Part shown: positions 15,862 to 26,255 of the stretch, one piece after another | How the letters are laid out: the number at the start of each line of letters is the position of its first letter | Numbering within the stretch: the first letter of the stretch is position 1 | NCBI GenBank assembly: GCA_017302815.1 | Contig: JAFLCQ010000001.1 | Location: forward strand, 17,652 to 81,651 | Reading direction: 5' to 3' | Source of the DNA: Planctomycetota bacterium | GTDB lineage: Bacteria; Planctomycetota; UBA11346 | Length of the DNA stretch: 64,000 nt | Notes under the pieces: generated by a model | The model's database searches: none | Told to the model about the DNA's origin: nothing | Seen by the model: only the letters and a program-made list of their open reading frames with translations | Position numbers and translations under genes: made by a program

Positions 15862-18800
15862 TCACGGTTGGGGATTCGCGATGCCCCAGTTGCGAGGGAT
15901 CATGGCTGACGGATCCGTTCCGCTGAATCCGTCCGGGATCCAGGCGATGCGGCGGCCATCCGCGAGCCAGATCGCGGCATTGCAGCGGAACGCTCCGACC
16001 AGGTCGGGCAATTCCTTGGTCTCCTTCGACTTCTTCATGCGCCTGACCTCCATGGATCGCTTCCCGGTCAGTTCCGGAACCAATGCCAGGGGGATCTCCG
16101 CCTCCAGCCGCCAGCCGGCGCGATCGAAACGCTGGCGCACGGCGACCTTCGCGCCCGCGATCGGAGCGAGGCGGGGGCCCGCAGTCGGTCGACAGGCGAG
16201 GGCGAAGCCTGTCATGCTCCCATCGCTGCCCCGGCTGGCGCTGAGCACGATGCGGACATCGCCGGCCACGGGAGCATCACGATCGGGTGCCGAAGGACCG
16301 AGAAGGATCTCCACGGCAGGGAAGGTGCCGAATCCCTTTCCGGGATCGCCTCCTTGGGCGGGCAGGGCCGCCCAGGCGGCAGGATCGCAGACCTCGGCCA
16401 TCACGCAGAGCGCCCCTGCGTCGCGACGCATGCGGATCTCGCCGACCATGGCGCCCCGATCCCGGATCGGGAGACCGGGCACGGCCGGATCCCATTCGAA
16501 ATCGTAGCCGTTGACACCCTGATAGCGGCTGCCGGCGGTGTGCATCCAGGTGCTGGCCGGGATGCTTGTCCGCCCGTTCGCCTCGGTGCCGCGTGGTCTG
16601 GAGCTGGCCAGAACCACCTCTCCGCGCAGCCTGGTGATCTGGTCGCCCCAGATGCCATCGATGTCGACCACCCGCACATCCTCGGTGCTGAGGAAGGCCA
16701 GCCAGCGTCGGCCCGTCTGCGGATGCCGGTACAGCATCCCCTGCGCGACGTTCTCCATATACACGGCAGTCGGCCCTGCCGAGGCGATGCGGCCCTTCTC
16801 ATCCCGATTGACCCACCCCAGAGTGAGTCCATCGCTGGTATAGGCGGTGAAGCAGCTTTCGATCTCGGATGCAAGCAGCACGCCATCAAGCTCTCCGGTG
16901 AGGTTCATCAGCATCTGGTTGTCGCCGTCCTTGGGCAGACGGCCGTCATGATTGCCGATCACGAACTGGACCCGGCCGTCCGGGCCGAGGCGGGCCAGAC
17001 GGGTCTCGCTGGCACGGTCCCAGAAGTTGCGCCCCTGCTCTGGGCCTGCGTTGGTCACGATCCACCGTCCTCCGTCGGCGGCTGGCGGGCTGAATCTGAT
17101 GCCGTAGTTCTCCTGGTCGAAATAGAAGGCGGTCGGTCGATCGTCCTTCCAGACGGAGGTGTACGCCCCGCCAGCATACTGCGGCACGCCTCTGGCATCG
17201 ATGCTTGCCGGCTTGAGGTCCCCATATCCGCCCCGCAGGGTCAGATCGCGGTCGATCCAGGTCCAGCGGTTGCCGGGAAAGCGATCGCGACTGCATTCGT
17301 CGTCTTGCGCAAGTCCATCGCCGTTGCGATCCGACCAGCTGGTCACGTCCTTGCCATCACCGCCGGACGTTCCGGCCCAGGCTGCGCAGATCCAGCGTCC
17401 GGCGTCCCAGCGGAACAGCGCCCCATCGCGCCACAGATAGCGGATGCCGTTCACCCCGGTGAATACCAGCACCCGGCCGTAGCCGGAACCCATGGTCTTG
17501 CGCACCAAGTCGGGGGTGGCGGTGTCGCCCTCGCCGTCCTGGCTGAGGTAGTGGATGGCCGCGATGCGCCAGGCCTTGTCGGATTGCCCGGGATCCTTCG
17601 CAAATTGCGTGTAATCGACCTTCGCCTCGACGTAGTTGGGTGCCCACTGGCTGGTCTGATAGAATATAGTACCGGGATCATCGAGATCGATGCCGACACA
17701 GCCGAAGCCGACCGCTCCATATGTATCCTTGAGGTGCCGGCCATCGCGACTCAGCGTGATGAATCGTCGAGGAGCGTCCCAGCGTTCGGCGCACCACAGG
17801 TTCCCATCAGGGCCGAGGGCGAGATGCGTGATATTGCGGAATTGGAGAGGATCCCACACGGGTACGCGGTTCGATCTCCCACCTGCGCTCCCGAAAACCC
17901 CATTGGCGGTCGCGGCGCCGTCCGCCGCCAGCGCGTAGCGGCGGATCTGCTGCGACGGGCCGAGGTCGGAGACGTAGAAGCCGGATGGTCCGTCCGGACA
18001 CAGGGCGCGCACAGCGGATAGCCCTTCGACCAGTGGCTTGCTTGTGCCGCTGACGAGGTCCAGGCGAAGCACAGAGCCGCCGCTGCCCACGAGGAGGGTT
18101 CGGTCATCGAGCCGGCAGAGGCCCGATGGCGCGGGGATGGCGATATCCGGTAGGGCCTTGCCGCCGTTGGCGTCGATGACCAGCAGGCGATTCTTGCCAG
18201 GTTCGCTGAGGTAGAGCTTTCCGTCCACCAGCGCCAGGGCATCGTAATTGCGCCCCTCCAGGAGGAATTCCGCCGTTCCCCCGGACACACCGCCATAGGC
18301 CCGGGGTCGGCCGGTGGCGGCGTCGAGGCGGAGGATCTTCACCTTCTTGCGGTAAGAGCCGACGATGAGCGCCCACACCGAGCGGCCGTCCGCGGCCAAC
18401 GCATGGACTCCCGAGAAGGCTCCGATCGAGGTGAACCATCGCGCCTTCCCATCGACCGGGTCGATCTTCCGCAGGCAGGGTTGTCCCTCCTCGCCGACCT
18501 GGCCCATGTAGATCCCGGTCGCATCGGCGGCCACCGCTCCGATGCCGCCATGCGCACCACCGATCGATCCGAGGCCGTCGCTGGTACGGAACGATGGGCG
18601 TCCCGAGTTGCCGACGCTGGCGACGAAGGAGGTGCGGATGCCTTCGAAGTATCCGATCAGGTAGCGATACGTGCCTGCCGGAAGCGGCAGGTTCAGCCGA
18701 TCACGGCCGCTCCACAGGAATTCGTGTGATCCGGCAGGATACGGCGTGCAGCGGATGGGCTCAGCGACGATCCAGCCGCGCTCGTCCATGATCACGAGGC

Positions 18801-19638
18801 TGACCTGGGCTGGACGGGGCAGCTCCCAGCGGATCGGCGTTCCGCCCGCGGCCGCCGGGGCGGCGCTTGGCGGTACGGCTGCTGTCTGGCGGTTCCCGGG
18901 ATCGCTGGTGAAGAGGCGCGCTTTGCCCCATTGCTCGGGATGCAGCCGGGCTTCGGCGACGATGTCCCAGGTCGAGGCGGCATCTCCGCCGATGCTGCGC
19001 CACCATGCGGTGGCGACGTTGGCCGTGCCGGACGGATCGCTGAGGATCAGCTGCGCATCGAAGGCGATTTCGAGTCCTGCCTTCGGCGCCAGTCGGAGCG
19101 CCGTCCAGGGGACCGCGAGCTCCAGCGTGTAGCCTTCCCTGGACGCCTTGGCTGCGACCTTGGATCCCTCCAGGGCACCGACCCAATCCATGTCGAGCGT
19201 GCCGGATGCGGTGGTGAAATACCGGTACGGTTTCGAGGTGTCGGGCCAGCGCGGACGCATGGCGAGCAGCGTCGGGCGGTCACCGAACAGACCGGCCAGC
19301 AGGCGTTGTTCGGATCCCTGCACGCCAGGTGAACCGATGCAGAGTCCCACCGCGTCGCCGCCTTTGAACAGCTCCTGAAGCACGGTGGCTCCGTTCTTAA
19401 GCGGGCTGTCGTCGATGACCTGGAACAGGGCATAGAGGGACGAATCGTCCCATCCCAGCTTGAAGCGTGCTGCCGAACCGGTCACGGTGCGGATCTCCTG
19501 TTCCGCCTGGACCGAGTTCCACTCTGTCGCCACCCCGTCCACGAGTGGCGGCTGTGCCAGGCGGACCACGGCCGCCGGGACATCGGCGGCGGCCATGGCC
19601 GAGCATGCGGCCAGCATGATGCAAACGCGCAAGATCAT
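15862..19638 (-). CDS. Giant secreted protein: CBM9/DOMON-like module, FlgD-Ig-like module, beta-propeller-like core, C-terminal CBM9-like module (paralog 1)
   Basis: Signal peptide from ATG 19638 (MILRVCIMLAACSAMAAA). VDGVATEWNS...LYALFQVIDDSPL sugar-binding-like module. AGTYRY Ig module. SVGNSGRPSF and GGAHGGIGAVAADATGIYMG blocks are shared with the paralogs. EF-hand-like loop DRNGDGLAQDDE. Confidence 0.75.
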   Translation of the reverse strand: MILRVCIMLAACSAMAAADVPAAVVRLAQPPLVDGVATEWNSVQAEQEIRTVTGSAARFKLGWDDSSLYALFQVIDDSPLKNGATVLQELFKGGDAVGLCIGSPGVQGSEQRLLAGLFGDRPTLLAMRPRWPDTSKPYRYFTTASGTLDMDWVGALEGSKVAAKASREGYTLELAVPWTALRLAPKAGLEIAFDAQLILSDPSGTANVATAWWRSIGGDAASTWDIVAEARLHPEQWGKARLFTSDPGNRQTAAVPPSAAPAAAGGTPIRWELPRPAQVSLVIMDERGWIVAEPIRCTPYPAGSHEFLWSGRDRLNLPLPAGTYRYLIGYFEGIRTSFVASVGNSGRPSFRTSDGLGSIGGAHGGIGAVAADATGIYMGQVGEEGQPCLRKIDPVDGKARWFTSIGAFSGVHALAADGRSVWALIVGSYRKKVKILRLDAATGRPRAYGGVSGGTAEFLLEGRNYDALALVDGKLYLSEPGKNRLLVIDANGGKALPDIAIPAPSGLCRLDDRTLLVGSGGSVLRLDLVSGTSKPLVEGLSAVRALCPDGPSGFYVSDLGPSQQIRRYALAADGAATANGVFGSAGGRSNRVPVWDPLQFRNITHLALGPDGNLWCAERWDAPRRFITLSRDGRHLKDTYGAVGFGCVGIDLDDPGTIFYQTSQWAPNYVEAKVDYTQFAKDPGQSDKAWRIAAIHYLSQDGEGDTATPDLVRKTMGSGYGRVLVFTGVNGIRYLWRDGALFRWDAGRWICAAWAGTSGGDGKDVTSWSDRNGDGLAQDDECSRDRFPGNRWTWIDRDLTLRGGYGDLKPASIDARGVPQYAGGAYTSVWKDDRPTAFYFDQENYGIRFSPPAADGGRWIVTNAGPEQGRNFWDRASETRLARLGPDGRVQFVIGNHDGRLPKDGDNQMLMNLTGELDGVLLASEIESCFTAYTSDGLTLGWVNRDEKGRIASAGPTAVYMENVAQGMLYRHPQTGRRWLAFLSTEDVRVVDIDGIWGDQITRLRGEVVLASSRPRGTEANGRTSIPASTWMHTAGSRYQGVNGYDFEWDPAVPGLPIRDRGAMVGEIRMRRDAGALCVMAEVCDPAAWAALPAQGGDPGKGFGTFPAVEILLGPSAPDRDAPVAGDVRIVLSASRGSDGSMTGFALACRPTAGPRLAPIAGAKVAVRQRFDRAGWRLEAEIPLALVPELTGKRSMEVRRMKKSKETKELPDLVGAFRCNAAIWLADGRRIAWIPDGFSGTDPSAMIPRNWGIANPQP

Positions 19639-19776
19639 AAATGGTTCCGAGGGTTTGCGGTCATCATCATGCCTGGGCTTTCGAGGCCAGCAATGGCGGC
19701 AGATACACTTCACCTCCAGGGCAAGCTAAAGGCACGAAGATCGCCGGAATCGTGCGTTGTACTGATTTTTCCTGCT

Positions 19777-21663
19777 TTACGGCAGCTCGCGCCGCCCCAT
19801 GGGCGGCTCGGCGAGTCGCGTTCCGAGGCAAGCAGGATCGTCCGGGGATCGAACCTCGGCTCCAGGTGGGGCGATCTGCACCAGCAGGGTCGCCGATGCG
19901 CCGGCGGGGACAGAGACCTCGAAACCGATCAGGTGCACGCCAGGATTCGGGGCGTCAAAGCTGGAAGGTGGCTGCTCGCACGGATAGAGGCGGATAGCGG
20001 CATTGCCAGGTGACAGGATCCGGACGAAGCGCTGCTTTCCGGCCGATGTGAGCACGGCAGTCCTGGGATCGACGATGGCAGCATCCGTCTCGCACGGCAT
20101 GGCCCATCGTACGACGGCTGGTTTGCCGGGCAGCGCGGCGATGGAGTCCTGGATGACCACGGCATGATCGGGCAGCAGTCGTATGCAGCGTTGAGCCGAG
20201 GCGAGCTGCTGTTCATAGACGGAGCTGAGGTCGAGGATCGTGCGGGACGCGTCATGGAACGCGATCGGCGCCGATCCGGACACCCGCTGCCGCTCTCCAT
20301 CCACCTGGAGGACGCTGTGGCTGGCGGATCCGATCCGGAAGACCGACCATCGATCCGATGTCTGGTTGGTGTTCCAGAGATTGATGCCGTGGGACTCCAG
20401 CGAGTGGTAGTCCTGCATGCCGAGATCCCCGGCCCAGCGGACGCCGTCGCTGTCGATGACGAAGCTGCCGGCATCCATGTGCGCATGATTGGTGGCTGCC
20501 GAACCGCCCTTGATCGCGACGTAGGTCGCATCGGCGGTCCATCCGCTGCGATGGACGGCCACGGGGGTCCGACCATTCCCCAGGTAATGCAGGTGCTCCG
20601 TCGGGCATGCGCTGGTATGGCCGGACTTCCACCAGATCAGCACGAACGGCGCCAGGCGGTCGATGCTGGACGGATGGCTATGAAGTATCGTGGTGCGCAG
20701 CGACCATGCGAGAAGCGGATCTCGATTGCGCTCGGACAACCAGGCCAGGGATGGTTCGATCCCTGGTTTCGGGTTGCAGTCGCCATAGTTGAAGAATCGA
20801 CCAGTGGGACCGATCATATGGGCGAAATATGCACCGGATGACATCAGTGCCGGAGTCGTCAGTCCGGCATCGGTGCCGAGGGCCGATTCGAGGGCCGCTA
20901 TCATCAGCAGGTTGAACGAGGTTCCGTAGGACCAGTACATCGGACCTTCGGGATAGACCCCGTCAGGTTCGTATGCGTGCAGGGCCAGGGGGATGTCCGT
21001 CACGGCTTGGAGGATGATGCGCTCGGCCAAGGCCTGCTCGTCCTCGATGACCGCCAGGGCGCCGAGCGTCATTCCGCCATTGCATACCTGATTCCAGTTG
21101 TCGGGGCGCCGGTTCCCCTGGAATGCCATGAGCCCGTTGTAGACGATGGCGGCCCGTATGGCCTGCCGGGCGGAGGCGTCCAGTTCGTGGAACAGCCAAT
21201 CGTATCCGATGGCCAGCGCAGCGGTCATCTCGGCGGTGTCCAGGAAATGGCTCGGGTTCCAGTCGCTGAATCCGGCCGCAGCCAGCATCTCCTCCCTGGC
21301 CCGCTCCAGGTGGCGTCGATCGCCATCGATGCGCCAGAGGAAGGCGCAGCGGACGACCCGGGCCAGGCACGTCCGGGACACATCGAGCAGACGCCGTCCA
21401 ACGACCTCATATCGGACCAGCGGTTTGCGCAGATCCATCTCGGCCTGCATGCGGATGGCGGACATGACCCGGCTCAGGAGCGGATCCTCAAGGCAGCGCC
21501 GCTGCAATGTGGGCAGCTCTTCGTTCGCCAGGAACAAGCGTGGGTGCGCACGTGGAGGGGCGGCGATGCGTCCGGCCAGGGATGCTGGTGCATCCGTGCC
21601 GCCCGCCACGGTCAGGTGCGGATCAGCGAGCCGTTCGCCGGCGTCGATGGTGGCGACATGCAT
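19777..21663 (-). CDS. Heparinase II/III-like polysaccharide lyase family protein
   Basis: N-terminal alpha/alpha toroid-like region (HPRLF...). Central GPMYWSYGT. C-terminal NHAHMDAGSFVIDSDGVRWAGDLG motif typical of the Hepar_II_III domain. Confidence 0.8.
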   Translation of the reverse strand: MHVATIDAGERLADPHLTVAGGTDAPASLAGRIAAPPRAHPRLFLANEELPTLQRRCLEDPLLSRVMSAIRMQAEMDLRKPLVRYEVVGRRLLDVSRTCLARVVRCAFLWRIDGDRRHLERAREEMLAAAGFSDWNPSHFLDTAEMTAALAIGYDWLFHELDASARQAIRAAIVYNGLMAFQGNRRPDNWNQVCNGGMTLGALAVIEDEQALAERIILQAVTDIPLALHAYEPDGVYPEGPMYWSYGTSFNLLMIAALESALGTDAGLTTPALMSSGAYFAHMIGPTGRFFNYGDCNPKPGIEPSLAWLSERNRDPLLAWSLRTTILHSHPSSIDRLAPFVLIWWKSGHTSACPTEHLHYLGNGRTPVAVHRSGWTADATYVAIKGGSAATNHAHMDAGSFVIDSDGVRWAGDLGMQDYHSLESHGINLWNTNQTSDRWSVFRIGSASHSVLQVDGERQRVSGSAPIAFHDASRTILDLSSVYEQQLASAQRCIRLLPDHAVVIQDSIAALPGKPAVVRWAMPCETDAAIVDPRTAVLTSAGKQRFVRILSPGNAAIRLYPCEQPPSSFDAPNPGVHLIGFEVSVPAGASATLLVQIAPPGAEVRSPDDPACLGTRLAEPPMGRRELP

Positions 21664-21779
21664 GTGTGCGCTCCCAGATCTCCGGCGATCCTAGCCAGGG
21701 GCGGCGGTGAGCGGTTCGGTCCTCGCCCCGTCGCTTTCGTGCGACGGTGAAACCAACCCGTCGATGCGGGCTATGAACC

Positions 21780-23231
21780 TCAATACGATATGGCGAACAG
21801 GCGCGGCACCGTGTCCGGAGCCTGGCCACCGGTCATGGTCAGGCGCAGTCTGACGCGCCCTGCCGGTATGCGCTGCGAGAACGGGATGTGGACGGATACG
21901 CCGCCGTGCGCCACTCGTGCCGTGTCGTACACCGTCCCATCCGCGGCGAGAACATCGATGATCACCGATGCCGGGGTGCCTGCCGGTATGTCGACGTTCA
22001 GTCGGAACGGGTGATCTGCGGCATGCTCGATGGGCCTGGTGGTGATGCTGCCATGTGCACCGGCGACCTCCTTGAGCGCATAGGCGTTCCAGCCGACGGT
22101 CGGACGCAGCGAGGCGAATCGGTCCTTGCCGAAGCGCACGCGGCCGATGGCGCAGGCGCCAGGATCGTAGAATGGGAAGGAATGGCTGCAGTTGCCGATG
22201 GCCGTGCCGTGGAAATAGACGGCAGCATCCTCGCCGTTCTCTGTCATGCCCATGGCGACCACGCCACCGGCATCCCAGTCGCCGGTCCGCCCGCGGCGGA
22301 TCCAGCTGCGATGCGCGAGTTCTGGTGCCGCCGGTCGCCAGTCGATGCCATCGTACGAGTAGAGGAGTGTGATGTCGAAATGCTGATCGCACAGATCGGC
22401 GGCGTCGTCGAAGCGCCCGCCCAGTCCGATGAGCATGCGGTCATCGATGCATTTGATCGGCACGATCCCACAATGCGTCTGCCCAGCCGTGGCTGCATGC
22501 GACTGGTTGACCATGCAGACGGGATGCGTTCGCCAGCTGACGAGATCATCGCTGGAGAAGAACGCGACGATCCGATTCGAAGGATGGGGAGGCTCGAACC
22601 AGGCGCCGTTGCTCTGGCCATTCATGATGAAGCGGCCCTGGAATCGGTAGAGCCGTGGTGTTTCGAGCTTCATCGGGATCACTGGCGACCGCCCCGGCGT
22701 CGTCCAGCCCGCGCCATCGGTGCTGTGCGCCAGGCCGACGAAGCTGGTGATGCCTCGTCTTCCGCCGCTGGACATCTGGCGTTCGGCGAGCGCGCGACGA
22801 CGGGCGTCGGGAACCTGGTGCGGCTGCAGGGTCTCCAGCACGGTCAGTGGTGACAGCAGCCGGCCGTCGATGCTGCACACATTGAAGGAATTGCCGGACT
22901 CGTGGACATCCTCGCCCGAAATGGCCCCTAGGCGTTCCCAGGTCAGCCCATCAGGACTGCGCGCCCAGCATCGGGAGATCTTCCGGTTCCGATCTTCCGC
23001 CTGATACCACATCCCGTATCCGCCGCGCCAGGGCAGGACCGATCCGGTGTAGCAGATCTTCCCGTCATCCGGACCTCCAGCCGGTCCGGCCGCAATGATG
23101 GGATTCTGCCGGTCGGGGGATGGTTCGTCCAATGACAGCGACAGGCCCTCCATCCGCTCGAACATCTCCCGCTCGAATGCGTACAGGGTCCGGCTCTGGC
23201 TCAGCATGCCGCCAGCATGCCCGTTTGGCAT
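21780..23231 (-). CDS. Hypothetical glycoside-hydrolase-like beta-propeller protein (GH32/43/130-clan-like fold suspected)
   Basis: Repeated W..a.S.DG..W blade-like motifs (WARSPDGLTWERLG, AHSTDGAGWTTPG, SYDGIDWRPA) with a C-terminal beta-sandwich-like tail. The family call is weak. The start is uncertain (23231 or 23207). Confidence 0.5.
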   Translation of the reverse strand: MPNGHAGGMLSQSRTLYAFEREMFERMEGLSLSLDEPSPDRQNPIIAAGPAGGPDDGKICYTGSVLPWRGGYGMWYQAEDRNRKISRCWARSPDGLTWERLGAISGEDVHESGNSFNVCSIDGRLLSPLTVLETLQPHQVPDARRRALAERQMSSGGRRGITSFVGLAHSTDGAGWTTPGRSPVIPMKLETPRLYRFQGRFIMNGQSNGAWFEPPHPSNRIVAFFSSDDLVSWRTHPVCMVNQSHAATAGQTHCGIVPIKCIDDRMLIGLGGRFDDAADLCDQHFDITLLYSYDGIDWRPAAPELAHRSWIRRGRTGDWDAGGVVAMGMTENGEDAAVYFHGTAIGNCSHSFPFYDPGACAIGRVRFGKDRFASLRPTVGWNAYALKEVAGAHGSITTRPIEHAADHPFRLNVDIPAGTPASVIIDVLAADGTVYDTARVAHGGVSVHIPFSQRIPAGRVRLRLTMTGGQAPDTVPRLFAISY

Positions 23232-23312
23232 GCTGGCGGCAATCCGGTGCGGGAAGAACGCTCGTCGCCGTGGTGAAGTGTCGGGATCCCAGGCGGTTCG
23301 GACATGGCCGGG

Positions 23313-24368
23313 CTAGCCGAGTATCAGATCCTCACGGCGGAAGCGGTAGCCGCGGATCTGGCCTTTCGGGGCATCGTCGACGCAGTAATTGACCACGTAG
23401 ATCGAGGCATCGGGGAGTCGTACCCATCCGGTGTAGCCGCAATCGCTCACGAGCGAGCGGTCGAAATCCAGGGGCATGATCCTGGTGTGAGCCTGGCCGC
23501 GTTCGTCTGCCAGGCAGGACGGCACATCGGTCAGCGCTGCGAACGTGTTCTGGGTCCACCAGCCGACCCAGCCCTGACCACCCTGCATGAAGCGGTGGGT
23601 GATCAGCACCTCGTTGCCATCCAGCAGGCCTGCGACCGGACGATGGCAGCCCGGCAGTGGGAATGCGGTGACCGGACCCCAGGTAGCTCCCGCATCCCGG
23701 CTTATGGTCTTGAACGCATCCAGGCCCCGGAACGAGTTTTCGCGCATGAAGCAGACGAGCTCGCCACCGGGCATTTCGACCAGCGACCCTTCGCACAGGA
23801 AGAGCCCGGGCTCATTGGCGATGGTCACCGGACCATGCCAGGTCGTGCCACGGTCGTCGCTCCACCACAACCGCTGGGCCGATATCGCGGGGGGGGCTTC
23901 GCGGCGATGGGCGCTGAGCAGCCAGCGCCCTGCGTGCGCACCGTGCCGGAGCACGATCAGCCTGTCGGGCACGATGCCTTCGGCCGGGAGGCGGCGTGGC
24001 TCTCCCCAGGTCATGCCGCCATCGTCCGAGATGAACATGTGGTTCTGCTGCACGCGGCTGATCCCGTCGTTGGTGATCAGATCTACCACCACGGCCAGCC
24101 GGCCATCGTCCAGGGCGGTGATGCGCGGGCAGTTCCAGTAGGGGACTAGCTTGGGGTCGCCGGCCGTCGGCCCAGTGACCGGACGCGCAGGGCTCCAGGT
24201 CGCTCCGTGGTCATCGGAATGGCGGCAGAGGATCCTGGTCTGGTCCCGGTTCCCGTGATGCGTGCATTGGGCGAACACGCACACCAGGCGGCGTCCGTCA
24301 TGCAGGGCCACGTCGGGCCAGGCGCAATACCAGGCGTCGTCACGGTGGATGGTGAATCGCTCGATCAT
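23313..24368 (-). CDS. BNR/Asp-box repeat sialidase-family (GH33-like) protein
   Basis: Four Asp-boxes: SDDHGATW, SDDGGMTW, SDDRGTTW, SRDAGATW. ATG at 24368 overlaps the upstream stop (ATGA), so I chose it over the tracked start at 24452. Confidence 0.8.
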   Translation of the reverse strand: MIERFTIHRDDAWYCAWPDVALHDGRRLVCVFAQCTHHGNRDQTRILCRHSDDHGATWSPARPVTGPTAGDPKLVPYWNCPRITALDDGRLAVVVDLITNDGISRVQQNHMFISDDGGMTWGEPRRLPAEGIVPDRLIVLRHGAHAGRWLLSAHRREAPPAISAQRLWWSDDRGTTWHGPVTIANEPGLFLCEGSLVEMPGGELVCFMRENSFRGLDAFKTISRDAGATWGPVTAFPLPGCHRPVAGLLDGNEVLITHRFMQGGQGWVGWWTQNTFAALTDVPSCLADERGQAHTRIMPLDFDRSLVSDCGYTGWVRLPDASIYVVNYCVDDAPKGQIRGYRFRREDLILG

Positions 24369-25273
24369 GACATGGCTCCGGTGATGGCGGTGGCGAAGGC
24401 GGTTGCCCGTGCCGGGTCGGGGGTGGTCAGCGGCGAGCGGCAGGGGCCGCAATCGATGCCGTGGACGAGACGCATGGCGGCCTTCATCGCGGGCATGCCG
24501 CCGTGCGTGATCGCGAGATCGATCAACGTCCTGGCGCGTTCCTGTTCGGCGCGGGCAGTGACCAGGTCACCCTGCCGGAACGCGCTGATCATGCGGAGGT
24601 AGACCTCCGGCCAGAGGTTGAAGGTCGACCCGGTCGCGCTCGGGGCGCCCAGGCTGAGGGCCGGCAGCAGGGCTTCGTCGCGCCCGTACGAGAACTCGAG
24701 GCGATCGCCCCATCGGCTGACGCAGCAGCCGTAATCGAAGAGATCCTCATGGGTGAACTTCACGCCGCCGAGGTTGGGGATGCGTTCCAGCAGCAGCGGT
24801 ACCAACTCGCGCATCCTGACCTGCACGCCGGTCATGGCCGGCATGTGGTAGAAGTAGAATGGCAGCGATGGCGCTGCCTGGGCCACGGCACTGCACCATC
24901 CGGCCAGGGCCTGCGCGTCGGGCTTGTAGAAGGAGGGGGCCACTGCCGCGATGGCGGCGGCTCCGATCGACTGCGCATGGGTGGCCAGCGCCTGTGCATC
25001 CGGTAGGGCGAGGGCACCGACGTGGACGATGATGCGGAATCCGGAGGGGGCGCATGCAGCCCAGCGGGCAGCTATGCATTGGCGTTCGGCCACGGACAGC
25101 GAACAGCCTTCACCAGTGGTGCCATTCACGAACGCGCCGGAGACACCGTGCGCATGCAGCCAGGTGGCGTAGCGGTCGATCACATCAGGTCGGATCGAGC
25201 CATCCGCGGCGAGGGGGGCGAACGGGGCGGCGATCAGCCGGATGCGACGGATATCGGATGTTTCGTAAGGCAT
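24365..25273 (-). CDS. Dihydrodipicolinate synthase-family lyase (N-acetylneuraminate lyase-like)
   Basis: DapA/NanA-family pattern LIAAPFAPL...GVSGAFVNGTTGEGCSLSVAER. Translationally coupled to the sialidase-family gene. Start candidates are 25273 (AGGA 8 nt upstream), 25282 and 25330. Confidence 0.8.
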   Translation of the reverse strand: MPYETSDIRRIRLIAAPFAPLAADGSIRPDVIDRYATWLHAHGVSGAFVNGTTGEGCSLSVAERQCIAARWAACAPSGFRIIVHVGALALPDAQALATHAQSIGAAAIAAVAPSFYKPDAQALAGWCSAVAQAAPSLPFYFYHMPAMTGVQVRMRELVPLLLERIPNLGGVKFTHEDLFDYGCCVSRWGDRLEFSYGRDEALLPALSLGAPSATGSTFNLWPEVYLRMISAFRQGDLVTARAEQERARTLIDLAITHGGMPAMKAAMRLVHGIDCGPCRSPLTTPDPARATAFATAITGAMS

Positions 25274-25337
25274 ATTGATCATCCTGATCTGATTATATGG
25301 CCATTCCTCTGGATCGTCGGATAATTGCATCAGGATA

Positions 25338-26240
25338 ATGGTACAAATGACGGATTTCCTCCTGGACCCAGAGCCCAGCTACGATCGGGCGTCCTTCTCC
25401 AGTCGTATCGGGGCCATTCTCGCATCCGGCTGGCCCCGATCGGTCGCTGTCGCGCCGGGCGCCATGTCCCACCCGGCGGGTTGGACCAGCCAACCCGACG
25501 CGCGTCTGGTCCTGGTTCTGCGCGGCAGCCAACGCTACCGTTGGTTGGATGGCCAGCAGGCTCGCAGCCGGGTGCTGCAGGTGGGGGACGCCTTGTGGCT
25601 GGCGCCAGGAGCGCCGATGCGTGCGGAGTGGACCCGTCCGGTCCACTTCCTCGGCATCGTACTGCGTCCGCGCTTCCTGCGCTTCCTCATCGGTCGCAAG
25701 CTCGAGCGTGAACCTGTCGCGGCGGCCAGCCCCTTCGCCCATCACACCACGCTGCCCTTGGACGAGCCGGGAACGCTGGCGGCACGCACCCTGGACCAGC
25801 TCGCCGCCGGACGCGGCGACCGGGCCGCCGGCCCCGATCAGTTGCGTGTCCTGCTCAGGCTCTGCGCCGAGCATGCCGAACGCTGTGCCGCGGAGCCGCC
25901 CAGCCGCGCCCAGTTGACCTGGCAGCGTGTCCAGGAGCACATCGCGGCGAGCTGCCACGAGAGTCTGGATCGCGATGGCTCCGCCCGCGTCCTCGGATTG
26001 AATCCCACCTATCTTTCCGATCTCTGTCGTCGCCATGCCGGCTGCGGTTTTGCGCGAGCGGTCGAAGCCGTTCGCCTCGACCGGGCCAGACTGCTGCTGC
26101 GCGCCGAGCCCGATATGGACGTCCGTTCGGTGGCGCAGCGCTGCGGCTTCGCCTCGGGCGGTTACTTCGCCAGGGTCTTCCGACGCGCCACCGGCCAAAG
26201 CCCTGGCGCCTGGCGGCGCGCCGCCAGCAGCGCCGGCTGA
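25338..26240 (+). CDS. AraC-family transcriptional regulator
   Basis: C-terminal double HTH (LGLNPTYLSDLCRRHAGCGFARAVEAVRLDRARLLL...VAQRCGFASGGYFARVFRRATGQSPGAWR). Divergent from the lyase/sialidase operon. Confidence 0.88.
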   Translation: MVQMTDFLLDPEPSYDRASFSSRIGAILASGWPRSVAVAPGAMSHPAGWTSQPDARLVLVLRGSQRYRWLDGQQARSRVLQVGDALWLAPGAPMRAEWTRPVHFLGIVLRPRFLRFLIGRKLEREPVAAASPFAHHTTLPLDEPGTLAARTLDQLAAGRGDRAAGPDQLRVLLRLCAEHAERCAAEPPSRAQLTWQRVQEHIAASCHESLDRDGSARVLGLNPTYLSDLCRRHAGCGFARAVEAVRLDRARLLLRAEPDMDVRSVAQRCGFASGGYFARVFRRATGQSPGAWRRAASSAG

Positions 26241-26255
26241 CGGACCATGCCAGGA

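Noticed and set aside
16354-18021. 555-aa plus-strand ORF; also 26247..27791 (+), 51443..53080 (-), 46859..47353 (-), 33043..34095 (-) and 34192..35172 (-)
   Set aside because: All are antisense to long genes that have signal peptides, paralog support or clear motifs. Their translations are low-complexity and have no start-site signals.
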